Assembly (NCBI GenBank): GCA_050175015.1
Contig: JBFXJJ010000009.1
Span: 1 to 64,000, forward strand
Reading direction: 5' to 3'
Source: Alphaproteobacteria bacterium
GTDB taxonomy: Bacteria > Pseudomonadota > Alphaproteobacteria > JBFXJJ01
Length of the DNA stretch: 64,000 bases
The stretch's first letter is position 1. Every line of letters begins with the position of its first letter. Shown here one piece after another: positions 10,641 through 19,428 of this stretch. The position numbers and the translations under genes are program-made. Below the pieces are notes generated by a model. That model saw only the letters and a list, made by a program, of their open reading frames with translations, was not told the DNA's origin and made no database searches.

Positions 10641-11492
10641 ATGTCTGTAATTTCGATACAATCTCAAGTTTCTTATGGTTACGCAGGGAATTCTGCAGCC
10701 GTTTTTCCCTTGCAGCTTCTAGGGTTTGATGTTTGGGCGATTAATACTGTAAATTTTGCCAGCCATACAGGGTATGGCAAGCCTGTCGGCAAGGTTTTTG
10801 ATGGCAAATTTATTTTAGAAATAGCGGAAAATTTAAAAAATCTTGGTGTTTTTTCTAAAACAAAGGCTCTTCTTTCAGGATATCTTGGTGATTTAGATAT
10901 TGCTGATGCCGTTTTTAAAGTGGCATATGATTTGCGCCAAGCAAACTCCGATTTAGTTTTTTTCTGTGATCCTGTAATGGGAAACCGCAAGGCTGGCTTT
11001 TTTGTTAAAGATGGAATAGCTCAAATTTTTAAGGAAAAAGCTCTTACAAATGCGACAATAATGAAGCCTAATCACTTTGAGCTTGAAGTTATTTGTGAAA
11101 GTAAAATCGAAAATTTGCAACAGGCCAAAAAGGCATTACTAAGTTTGACAGCCAAAGGACTAAAATGCGTAGTTGCAACAAGTATGTCCTTTGCTGATAA
11201 TCCTGATGAAATTATGATTATGCTTGCAAGCTCTGATAAAGTCTATGTTGTTACTACTCCTAGAATAGATACTCCTTTTAAGCTTTCGGGGACGGGCGAT
11301 GTTTTTGCCGCCGTTTTTTTAGCTCATTATTTAAAAGGAACCGAACTTTCCAAGGCCTTGCAAAAGACGGTAGCATCAGTTTTTGCTGTCATTGAGAAAA
11401 CGTTTGCAGCTAATCAGTCCGAAATTTTGTTAATAGCCAATCAAGGCGAAATAATTCAACCATCAAAAACATTTCTAATCAGAGAAATATAA
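10641..11492 (+). CDS. pdxY: Pyridoxal kinase
   Basis: SIQSQVSYGYAGNSAAVFPLQ, HTGYG, LSGYLG, CDPVMG, PNHFELE, GTGDVF. Confidence 0.9.
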   Translation: MSVISIQSQVSYGYAGNSAAVFPLQLLGFDVWAINTVNFASHTGYGKPVGKVFDGKFILEIAENLKNLGVFSKTKALLSGYLGDLDIADAVFKVAYDLRQANSDLVFFCDPVMGNRKAGFFVKDGIAQIFKEKALTNATIMKPNHFELEVICESKIENLQQAKKALLSLTAKGLKCVVATSMSFADNPDEIMIMLASSDKVYVVTTPRIDTPFKLSGTGDVFAAVFLAHYLKGTELSKALQKTVASVFAVIEKTFAANQSEILLIANQGEIIQPSKTFLIREI

Positions 11493-11538
11493 CTAAATCA
11501 AAGTGTTTTGATTGTTAGTTTGAGTATATAAAATTAAA

Positions 11539-12639
11539 TTACTTTTGATTTAAGTGTTTTTTTATGACCGCTTGAATAATTTTGGAATCATCGTTAGTTC
11601 GAGATTTGCTAGCTTTTTTAGCCGCCTCAAGTTTTATATTTTTAATGACATTTGAAGCTGTTTTATAATATGGCAGGATTAAATCGAGATTAATTTCCCG
11701 TGATTTGCTTTGTTCTAAGTGATATTCCTTAGCTTCTTTTACTAAATTGCTAAAAAGTTTATCTGCAATATCAGCAACACCTGTTTCAGGGTGGCTTTGT
11801 ATGGTTAATATTTTTTTATATTCTGCGGCTTCAATAATTTCAGTGTTTACGGAGCCGTCTTCTCTGACAGCATAAGCTACAGGGGTTAATTGTGGGGCTA
11901 AATTTTTAGGTCCCATTCCTTGATTATGAAAACTGAAACAGCCAATCTCATCATTTCCTACAATTTGATGCATTTTAGAATTTTTTGTAATTTTGATATT
12001 GTGAGAAGAAGTGAAAGGGGGGTCTTTTTTTATGCCTTTATCCATATCTTCCTGCCAGATAACGGTATCAATAGGGCGGTAGAAAAAAGCATTTTCATCT
12101 CTATGGACTTTATCATTAGGAAATTTTTCTGGTAGAAACTGAATTAAAGTTCCCCTATCCCCTAATTTTTCTAATGGGTTATCTTTCTGCCACAATCTTC
12201 CTAAGATTACATTCGTTGCCTGCATTCCTCGGCAAATAGCAAGAGCTGGTTTGTCATTTTCTACAGCATCAGTAATGAAGCTTTCTTCTAAATGAAATCG
12301 TTCTGTTTCTTTTTCATCGTTAACCCAAGTTTTGGCGTGGCGTTCTTTATTATAAAACTTGGGATCAACGGCTGTTCCGCCGGGCAGGGCATAGCCATCG
12401 GTATTTTTTATAACTTCTTTAAGGTTGCTTTCTCTCGGCACTAATATTGGGATTCCGCCATTTCTTTCAATGTAATAGCACAGGAGCTGTGTTTTTCCGA
12501 TGCGTTCAACTTTTCCATTTTTTTCAATAGGATCATCATAAACCGCAATTAAGGGCTTGTTTTCAGACAGAGCTTTAACTAAAGCTTGATACTGACTTTT
12601 ATGATTTGTAATAGCTTGTTTTCTATCGTTATAATTCAT
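11539..12639 (-). CDS. Peptidase C26 / gamma-glutamyl-GABA hydrolase-like glutamine amidotransferase with C-terminal extension
   Basis: LPGG..VDP..Y, AICRGMQ nucleophile, FHNQG, QSHPE triad; about 60 extra C-terminal residues. Confidence 0.8.
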   Translation of the reverse strand: MNYNDRKQAITNHKSQYQALVKALSENKPLIAVYDDPIEKNGKVERIGKTQLLCYYIERNGGIPILVPRESNLKEVIKNTDGYALPGGTAVDPKFYNKERHAKTWVNDEKETERFHLEESFITDAVENDKPALAICRGMQATNVILGRLWQKDNPLEKLGDRGTLIQFLPEKFPNDKVHRDENAFFYRPIDTVIWQEDMDKGIKKDPPFTSSHNIKITKNSKMHQIVGNDEIGCFSFHNQGMGPKNLAPQLTPVAYAVREDGSVNTEIIEAAEYKKILTIQSHPETGVADIADKLFSNLVKEAKEYHLEQSKSREINLDLILPYYKTASNVIKNIKLEAAKKASKSRTNDDSKIIQAVIKKHLNQK

Positions 12640-12669
12640 CTAAGCTCTTAATTTATTTTAGTTATGAAA

Positions 12670-12703
12670 ATACCGTTTTTAATTGTTATCTCAAAAACGG
12701 TAT
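12670..12703. terminator. Probable terminator hairpin
   Basis: ATACCGTTTTT...AAAAACGGTAT downstream of the ORF ending at 12725. Confidence 0.5.
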
Positions 12704-12724
12704 TTAGTTTAAAAAATAAAGATA

Positions 12725-13480
12725 CTATTTGGCAATAGTTTCATTGCTGTTTTTGTCATTATTGACGGCAGAATTTTCTGTATCTTGCATTTTTTCATCA
12801 TTGGCATCGCCTGAAGTTGCGGTGTCATCGCTATCAATAGCTTCTTCTTTTGCTTCTTCTTCCATAGCTTTTTCCATACCTTCAGCTTCTTCAGTTGGTT
12901 GATTAATAAAAGCATCAGCGTCCATTTCTGGTTCATCTTCAGGTTCAAGCTCATCACCTTCCGTTGGCTCTGCCATATCTTCAGCATCTTCGATTGCATC
13001 ATTTTCTAAAGTTTTTGAATCTTCCAAATTCTCTGAATCGCCAGTATTATCAATGCTTTCTTCTTCAATGTCACCATCATCTGTTCCTTCAAGGTCTTCA
13101 GGAGCAATGGGTTCTTCGATAGTATCAGGAACGCCGCCTTCAGAGCTTTCTACTGTAGAATCGGAAGGGGCAACATCTGTACTTTCTGCTGTTGCTGCAG
13201 GAACAACTAAATCTTTTTCATTGATAACAAGCTCATTATTTTGGATTAGAACTTCTTGCTTATCTTTTACGAACAAAGGCTCTTTTTCATCAATTCTAAG
13301 CATACATTCTGAACAGACTTTGTACATGCTGTTTGGTTCAACATTTAAAAAGCTTTTATTGTTTTCGTTTTCAACAATAAAAATACGGTGAGGAACATCA
13401 TCTTTATTAATTAAAATAGAAGAAGCTTGAGCAGAAGAATTAAAGAAAAAAGTAATAGTTAGAATAAGAAACCATTTCAT
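12725..13480 (-). CDS. Secreted CxxC beta-domain protein with long acidic tail (paralogue of 13719-14168)
   Basis: Signal peptide, SSILINKD..RI...LNVE..Y.VCSEC, D/E-rich tail. Confidence 0.75.
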   Translation of the reverse strand: MKWFLILTITFFFNSSAQASSILINKDDVPHRIFIVENENNKSFLNVEPNSMYKVCSECMLRIDEKEPLFVKDKQEVLIQNNELVINEKDLVVPAATAESTDVAPSDSTVESSEGGVPDTIEEPIAPEDLEGTDDGDIEEESIDNTGDSENLEDSKTLENDAIEDAEDMAEPTEGDELEPEDEPEMDADAFINQPTEEAEGMEKAMEEEAKEEAIDSDDTATSGDANDEKMQDTENSAVNNDKNSNETIAK

Positions 13481-13718
13481 TGTGATGCCCTCTTATATTA
13501 GGAGTGTTTAAAAAAATATTTTTATCAGAGTATTTTCTTTTTGTATAGATGATTTAGAAATCAAGCCTATGTAATAAACACCTTAATAATCGATAAAATA
13601 AATCGATATAAAAATTATGGAATTGTTGTTTTTAGTTAAGCCTTTTTTTAAGATAAAAAAATGCCGCCATTTACGGTTAAATAAAAAGCGGCATTAAAAA
13701 ATAAATTCTAAATCAAAA

Positions 13719-14168
13719 TTATTTAGAGGCAGGAGTTGAACTTGCTGCTGGTTCTGTAGTTTCGGCAGCAGGAGTTGCTGTGTCTTCAACTGTTTCTCCA
13801 CCAGGAATTTCATTTGTTCCAGCGCTTGCATCTACAGCTACAGCTGGTTGATCATTTACTTTTGTAAAGGCTGTAGGAGCACCTTCATTGACAGCAAGAA
13901 TGCCGCCTTCAATAATAATTTCCTGTCCTTCGGTTACAAATAAAGGATCTTTTGCGGTATCGCCTTCTTTAGGCTCAATCTGAACGGAACATTCTGAACA
14001 TACTTGGTAAACTTTCTCAGATTCAACGTTTAAAGCTCCTTTGCCGCCATCTTCGGTTGAAAGAAGAATACGATAAGCATCTGGATCTTTATTTACTAGT
14101 ATAGAAGAGGCATTAGCTTGAGCGCTAATCATTAATAAAGGAAGTCCTAAAATAAAAAACTTTTTCAT
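13719..14168 (-). CDS. Secreted CxxC beta-domain protein (paralogue of 12725-13480)
   Basis: Signal peptide, SSILVNKD..RI...LNVE..Y.VCSEC..PLFV. Confidence 0.78.
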   Translation of the reverse strand: MKKFFILGLPLLMISAQANASSILVNKDPDAYRILLSTEDGGKGALNVESEKVYQVCSECSVQIEPKEGDTAKDPLFVTEGQEIIIEGGILAVNEGAPTAFTKVNDQPAVAVDASAGTNEIPGGETVEDTATPAAETTEPAASSTPASK

Positions 14169-14293
14169 TGTTTAAACCCTTAAAATTGTTAGTAATACTA
14201 CATTTTTCAAGACTATGGGATATTGAATATGTATTAAAGCATATTTAGCAAAAGTTTAGTCTTTTGTATAGAGAATTTTTTTGATGTTTAAGT

Positions 14294-14306
14294 TCGAAAA
14301 AATCGA
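14294..14306. promoter_or_regulatory. Candidate LysR T-N11-A box
   Basis: TCGAAAAAATCGA dyad in the divergent intergenic region; related ATCGAT-N7-ATCGAT at 13589-13607. Confidence 0.45.
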
Positions 14307-14353
14307 TATATTAAAAATAACAAAGGTTTCTTATTTTTAAGGTTACATAGAAT

Positions 14354-15199
14354 ATGGATATCGAGCTAGCAAAAACATTCTTAATCATTGCGGAAGAAGG
14401 CAGTTTTCGTAAAACGGCAGAAAGACTTAATGTAACCCAGTCAACAGTTAGTACAAGAATGCAAACACTTGAATCAGCTTTAGGAAAACAAGTGTTTTTA
14501 AGAGGAAAAAAAGGTGTTTTTTTTACTGCGGCAGGTTTGGAGTTTAAAAAATATGCTGAAAATATGGTTAGCTCGTGGCAGCAAATTAAACAGAAAGTAA
14601 TGTTGTCATCGGACTGCCAAAAGATGATTAATCTTGGATATGAAAACTCTATTTACAATGATTTTATCATTAATTGGACAACTTGGAGTCGGAAAGAAAA
14701 TCCTGATGTTGCGGTAAAAAGCTATATTGGTGAACCAAGAGAGCTGATAAGTAAAATTTTAGAAACTAAAATTGATTTCGCGATTATAAGTTCACCTCAA
14801 AATCATTTTGGAATAATGTTTGAAGAAGTTGTTGAAGAAAAATTTGTGTTGGTATCTAGTGTTGAAACATTAAAAACTTCTTTTGCAGATAGATATATTT
14901 ATATTGATTGGGGAGAGGAGTTTCGTTTGCGCCATAGCCTAACATTGGCAGATTTCGAATTGGCTGCAGTTTCATTTAATCAGGGAGAACCTGCATTAAA
15001 ATATATTTTACAAAACGATGCGGCTGGATATTTTCCAGAAAGAATAGTGAAAAAATATATAAAAGATAAAAAGCTTTTTATAGTAAAGAAAACACCCAAT
15101 TTTAGCATTCCAACATATTTGTGTTATCTTAAGGATCGTAAAGGTGATGATTTCGTGAGAAGTCTAGAGGGATTACGTAATATTATAAGAACAAAGTAA
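14354..15199 (+). CDS. LysR family transcriptional regulator (HdfR-like)
   Basis: MDIELAKTFL..SF.KTAERLNVTQSTVSTRMQTLE HTH; YIYIDWGEEF is typical of HdfR-like members. Confidence 0.92.
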   Translation: MDIELAKTFLIIAEEGSFRKTAERLNVTQSTVSTRMQTLESALGKQVFLRGKKGVFFTAAGLEFKKYAENMVSSWQQIKQKVMLSSDCQKMINLGYENSIYNDFIINWTTWSRKENPDVAVKSYIGEPRELISKILETKIDFAIISSPQNHFGIMFEEVVEEKFVLVSSVETLKTSFADRYIYIDWGEEFRLRHSLTLADFELAAVSFNQGEPALKYILQNDAAGYFPERIVKKYIKDKKLFIVKKTPNFSIPTYLCYLKDRKGDDFVRSLEGLRNIIRTK

Positions 15200-15210
15200 T
15201 GTTAATAAAC

Positions 15211-15314
15211 TTGTTTTAAGGTAATCATGCGGGCAGCTTTACTTTTGTAAAAGTAAAATCAAAACGTTTTCTACATCGCTATCATAGCTACAACTAAGCG
15301 CAAAACACTCTAAG
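15211..15314 (+). repeat. REP/MITE-like repeat, copy 1
   Basis: Core TTTACTTTT-GT-AAAAGTAAA at 15238-15257; flanks resemble the 56.8-57.2 kb copies; ends ACTCTAAG. Confidence 0.6.
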
Positions 15315-15332
15315 TATCATCTGCTATAAAAT

Positions 15333-15372
15333 AAAAAAAGCTTCTTTAAATTAATAAAGAAGCTTTCTTTTT
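15333..15372. terminator. Terminator between LysR and tRNA-Leu
   Basis: AAAGCTTCTTTA-AATTAA-TAAAGAAGCTTT. Confidence 0.7.
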
Positions 15373-15459
15373 TGGTAGGGGCGGGGAGACTCGAACTCCC
15401 AAGAACATACATTCGGTGGATTTTGAATCCACTGCGTCTACCAATTCCGCCACGCCCCC
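15373..15459 (-). tRNA. tRNA-Leu(CAA)
   Basis: GGGGGCG acceptor stem, GGAATTGGTAGAC D arm, GTGGA-TTCAAAA-TCCAC anticodon arm, long variable arm, GTTCGAGTC T loop, encoded CCA; 87 nt. Confidence 0.96.
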
Positions 15460-15494
15460 AAAATAAGAGCTAAAAAGCAAGCTAAGCATAAAGC

Positions 15495-15538
15495 AAACTT
15501 AAAATATTGCAATTAAAAAAATGCAATATTTTAAGTTT
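15495..15538. terminator. Perfect 17-bp inverted repeat, probable terminator of the virB-like operon
   Basis: AAACTTAAAATATTGCA-N10-TGCAATATTTTAAGTTT. Confidence 0.6.
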
Positions 15539-15577
15539 TATCCCATCTATTTTAGATTTAATAGTGTTCGTTCAAAT

Positions 15578-16303
15578 TTATCTAGCGCTGCTTGAGCCTT
15601 CATCGACCATTCTAGATACGGCAACTTCCACATCATTAGCATAAAGATTAAGCATTTGTTGGAAGTAGAAAGCACTGGTCAACTGAAGAAGGGTATTGCC
15701 AACAACATCATCTCTTACTGACTCAGCATTGGAAATTACACTCTCAATATCTTCAAGAGGTTTAGCTCTGTTTTCCGTTTCACCTTTAGAAGCAATAGCT
15801 GTGGCATAGCCGTTTTTAGCAGTATCAAGCATAAAGTTTTTACCAGCTAATTTATGCTCTTTAAGATTTTTCATATCGCTCGTAACGTTTGTTCCCGCAA
15901 CACCTTCTTTGTTGATAAAACTCACAAGAGCATTTTCAACTTTTTTGCTGTCTCTGTTGTCATATTTGTAATCGTCAGCGCTTAGGTTCCATTTTGAGTA
16001 AGATCCTCCAGATAAAGGAGATTCACTCATAGGAAGCATTTTTTCTTCCAAATTTTCTTTCATGGACTTTCTTGCCGCAGTAAAAGTTGCCATACTGCCC
16101 TGTCCAATTAATTTGGAAGTTTTATCTATGGTTTTTTGAATGTCTTCCACATTTTCTTTTTGTTTCTTTGAGTTTTTAGTATTAGCTTTTATCTGCTGGA
16201 TTGCAAAGCTATCTTTGATTGCGACTTGAGCGCCAGCTCTTTGCGGCATTAAAACAGTAATGGCAAAAAGAGCTAAAGTAATAACAGAAAATCTTATTTT
16301 CAT
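15578..16303 (-). CDS. VirB5/TrbJ-like secreted protein (putative T4SS minor pilin)
   Basis: Signal peptide then AQVAIKDSFAIQQ (like the VirB5/TrbJ 'V.D' N-terminus); helical body; directly downstream of virB4. Confidence 0.5.
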   Translation of the reverse strand: MKIRFSVITLALFAITVLMPQRAGAQVAIKDSFAIQQIKANTKNSKKQKENVEDIQKTIDKTSKLIGQGSMATFTAARKSMKENLEEKMLPMSESPLSGGSYSKWNLSADDYKYDNRDSKKVENALVSFINKEGVAGTNVTSDMKNLKEHKLAGKNFMLDTAKNGYATAIASKGETENRAKPLEDIESVISNAESVRDDVVGNTLLQLTSAFYFQQMLNLYANDVEVAVSRMVDEGSSSAR

Positions 16304-16402
16304 GAGAAGACCCCTTCAAAAAAACATTTTTCTATCTTTAATAATAGCAAAAAAACATTTATAAAGCGAATTATTTTTGATTAAATTTTATTTAAAATTT
16401 TA

Positions 16403-18838
16403 TTAAGCTATTTCGAGAAATTTCTCAATAAAGCCTTCTCTGCCGTATTCTCTGGCTAATTCCTCGGCTAAAAGCACGTGTTTACGTCCAGAAGAATAGA
16501 GCTTCAAATAAGGTCCAAGACCACCTAAATCAACATCAAGAACCACAGACTCCCCAATTGCAGGACGACTTACAAGGATAGCATATTTTAAATCTTTGAA
16601 GGCTCGACCAAAAATAAAGTTCTTTTCGGCTTGGGTTAGTTTCCAATTTTCATAGTCTTCTTCCATAGCTTGAGGATTTCTAAAGAAGATAACGGTTTGA
16701 CATTGTCCACGAATAACTTCGCCTAAACCCAAATTATCAACAATATTAGGTTGTTGAAATGCGCAAAGATATGCCTGACGTTTTTTTCTTCCTTCTTGGA
16801 GTCCAACAACAAAGCTGTCTTTAAACATCGGGTGTTTTAACATAGGGGCGGTTTCGTCGATCATAATTAAGCTTGGATCACCTGTTTCGCCTGTTGTCGA
16901 TTGAATTCGGTGCATAATATAACTGATAACAGCAGGGGCAAGGGTTTCATCTTCAAAGATATGGGTAAAATCGAAAGCCATAAATTTAGAAGAAAGCTCT
17001 AAGTTGTCATCTTGGGAATTAAATAATGGGCCATATTGATCCATATTAACCCATCTATAGAGTTCTCGGCGCATAAAACCTGTTGGAGAAAAGCAAGCCT
17101 TGTGAAGGTTAACCAGTGTTCTTTCTTCTGGTCTTAAATATTCAAAAGCGGTTGTAACGGCTCTCGCAATTTCTTTTTCGGACAAGGCATCGCTTGCCAG
17201 AGTAATAGCTTTCAGCCATCTTCTTAAGAAAGCTCTGTTTTCAGATGTATCTCTGCAAGCAAAAGGATTTAAGGCAACAACATCACGTTCTTTATCATCT
17301 TCACCATCACTGCTGTCGAAATTAACATAAGAGCCCCCGACTGCACGGGTAAAAATTTCAACACCCCTATGTCTATCAAAAAAGTAAACCCGCAAATTGC
17401 GATGGCGCATAGCCTGTCCCGCAAGAAAAGCAAGGAGGGTCGTTTTACCTTGTCCCGTAGGACCAATAATACAGCAGTGAGCAACGGCGTTGTCTTCTTG
17501 AGTGACGTGAAACTGCCACTGATAAGAGGAACCTGTGACGGTTCTAAAGATGGAAATAGCTCCTTCACCCCAGTCGCTTTTGGGTAAGCCCTCAGTTGTT
17601 TTTTCAAGGCAGACGGAGCAAGCCACAACCCTTGATAAGTAACGATAAGTTCGAGGATAAATCTCATAAGTGGGGAATTGTGCAAAGAAAGTTGCCTGAG
17701 CTATCCAGCCTTCTCTTACTGGGGTCATACCAAACATACGGCAAATTCTTTCAACCTCAGATTCCCCAAAGTTTAGCTCTTCTTCATCATCTCCAAAAAG
17801 AAATATTGATAAACCATAAAAGGCAATAGTTTGGAAATCTTCATCTGCATCATTTAATGTTTCTAAGGCTTTATCATATTGAGCCCATGTTGGACCAAAA
17901 AGAACCATTTTCTTTTGTTGGAGCAGCATAGCAATAGCTTTTGCTTTTGGAATAGGATTAACGTTGTGAACGACGTTTAGTTCACAGTCAATTGATAAAA
18001 GACTTGCGACCAATTGTTCGTCCATAGCATCTGAAGACGCTCTTATTCCCATAACAATACATTTTTTTTCTCGATCACCAGAGAAAAATTTAATTATTCC
18101 TTTTTCTTTAGTGAAATGAATATGATCAGCAGTTAATAAGGAATTCAAATCCTCGCCATCAGAATACCGTGTTTTGGGAGCTGGTCTGGTTACAGGGCTA
18201 CATAGAGTTGCAAATAAATGAAATGGACTATCTGTTGCTTTGCTGGTTTCGGTTTCAAACATTACCTCTATATGGTACTCATCAAGAGTAGCGGTTAAGG
18301 CTTGAGAAGCTTGATTTAAGTCTCTTTCATTGTTTTTGCGGTCGGCAACAGAGAGCACAATATAATGGTTGTTACGATAAATACGGCTTAAGTTTGCGGC
18401 CCACATTCTAGCGATTTGAGCCAAAATAGAAACTTCATGTCCCCCTTTTTCATTGGCAGGCATTTTTTCTCTTATAGTTATAATTCTGGCAATTACTTCA
18501 AGCTCGGCTAAACTGTCAATCCATGCTTTTCGTGCTTCTAGCATAGCCTCTCTTATTTGAGGAGCAACAAAAGTCATATCAGCACCGACAACTTTGAAAA
18601 CGCGAACCAACGAGCCGTTTTTACAGCGTATTGTAGTGCCATCGTGCATCAATCTGTCGAAAGGTAGAAAATCTGCGACACGGCTTTCTTTCGGTTTAGG
18701 TAAAATAAGATAGCCGAGCCTAGTCGCAAACAAGCTCGCAAATGCAGCGGCAGAAACAAAACCTATGATACCAATAAGAGTTTCAAATGTTGTAACATTT
18801 CTAACAAAGGCATCTATTGCATTAATATCAGGGTGCAA
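16403..18838 (-). CDS. virB4: VirB4 family type IV secretion ATPase
   Basis: Walker A IIGPTGQGKT, FFDRHRG, LNPF, Walker B LIMIDET, GRKK, QCQTVIFFRNP; likely TTG start at 18838 seven nt after GAGGA (ORF track start is 18898). Confidence 0.92.
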   Translation of the reverse strand: MHPDINAIDAFVRNVTTFETLIGIIGFVSAAAFASLFATRLGYLILPKPKESRVADFLPFDRLMHDGTTIRCKNGSLVRVFKVVGADMTFVAPQIREAMLEARKAWIDSLAELEVIARIITIREKMPANEKGGHEVSILAQIARMWAANLSRIYRNNHYIVLSVADRKNNERDLNQASQALTATLDEYHIEVMFETETSKATDSPFHLFATLCSPVTRPAPKTRYSDGEDLNSLLTADHIHFTKEKGIIKFFSGDREKKCIVMGIRASSDAMDEQLVASLLSIDCELNVVHNVNPIPKAKAIAMLLQQKKMVLFGPTWAQYDKALETLNDADEDFQTIAFYGLSIFLFGDDEEELNFGESEVERICRMFGMTPVREGWIAQATFFAQFPTYEIYPRTYRYLSRVVACSVCLEKTTEGLPKSDWGEGAISIFRTVTGSSYQWQFHVTQEDNAVAHCCIIGPTGQGKTTLLAFLAGQAMRHRNLRVYFFDRHRGVEIFTRAVGGSYVNFDSSDGEDDKERDVVALNPFACRDTSENRAFLRRWLKAITLASDALSEKEIARAVTTAFEYLRPEERTLVNLHKACFSPTGFMRRELYRWVNMDQYGPLFNSQDDNLELSSKFMAFDFTHIFEDETLAPAVISYIMHRIQSTTGETGDPSLIMIDETAPMLKHPMFKDSFVVGLQEGRKKRQAYLCAFQQPNIVDNLGLGEVIRGQCQTVIFFRNPQAMEEDYENWKLTQAEKNFIFGRAFKDLKYAILVSRPAIGESVVLDVDLGGLGPYLKLYSSGRKHVLLAEELAREYGREGFIEKFLEIA

Positions 18839-19118
18839 ACTTGTTTCCTCTACATTTATATAAATTCTTTGAAGGCCTTGACATTGGCCCAAAAGCATTG
18901 GTCATAGTTGAGATATGGGGTTCTTTTGTTCCCCAGAATATAATGAAAAAATGAACAATAACAATAGAAAAACAAAAAACTAAAGGGTTGAAATCGCCCA
19001 GTCCAAGAAACATAAACATAACAGGAAACTGAACGCCCAAGTTTGCTAAAGCAATAACAAATGGAGCCCAAAGAAGTCTAGGCGGTGCTGCAACTGCTTT
19101 TAGTATAGGAACTCTCAT
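18828..19118 (-). CDS. virB3: VirB3 family type IV secretion protein
   Basis: PILKAVAAPPRLLWAP, two TM segments, KEPH, C-terminal GNKFAP; immediately upstream of virB4. Confidence 0.8.
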   Translation of the reverse strand: MRVPILKAVAAPPRLLWAPFVIALANLGVQFPVMFMFLGLGDFNPLVFCFSIVIVHFFIIFWGTKEPHISTMTNAFGPMSRPSKNLYKCRGNKFAP

Positions 19119-19428
19119 TTTTTTACCTGATCTTTAAAGGTTTTTATGCTGCTTAATATATATATAATATTTATTTTAAATAGAAACCATAAAAATTCAA
19201 AATTAATTTAAAAAATATTACAAAACAACATCGTAGCACAAATATGATTAATTTAGAGTTAGTCGATTAAAAAAAATTTATACACAAAGATAATTTTTTT
19301 AGAACAAAAATAATTATCTTTTTTGACAATTTATATTAAATAACACTATATATTGTTATTAAAGTTGTTTACTTATACAATAATGTGTTTTTGTTTTTAA
19401 CGGTATTTTTTAAGAGAGCTCCTGTTTT

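Noticed and set aside
18839-18898. ATG start of virB4 at 18898
   Set aside because: It implies a 71-nt overlap with virB3 without a ribosome-binding site; the TTG at 18838 has a well-spaced GAGGA
19119-19428. CtrA-like TTAA-N7-TTAA site in the virB/pil divergent region
   Set aside because: Only a mismatched instance (TTAA-N7-TTAG) in extremely AT-rich DNA; not significant
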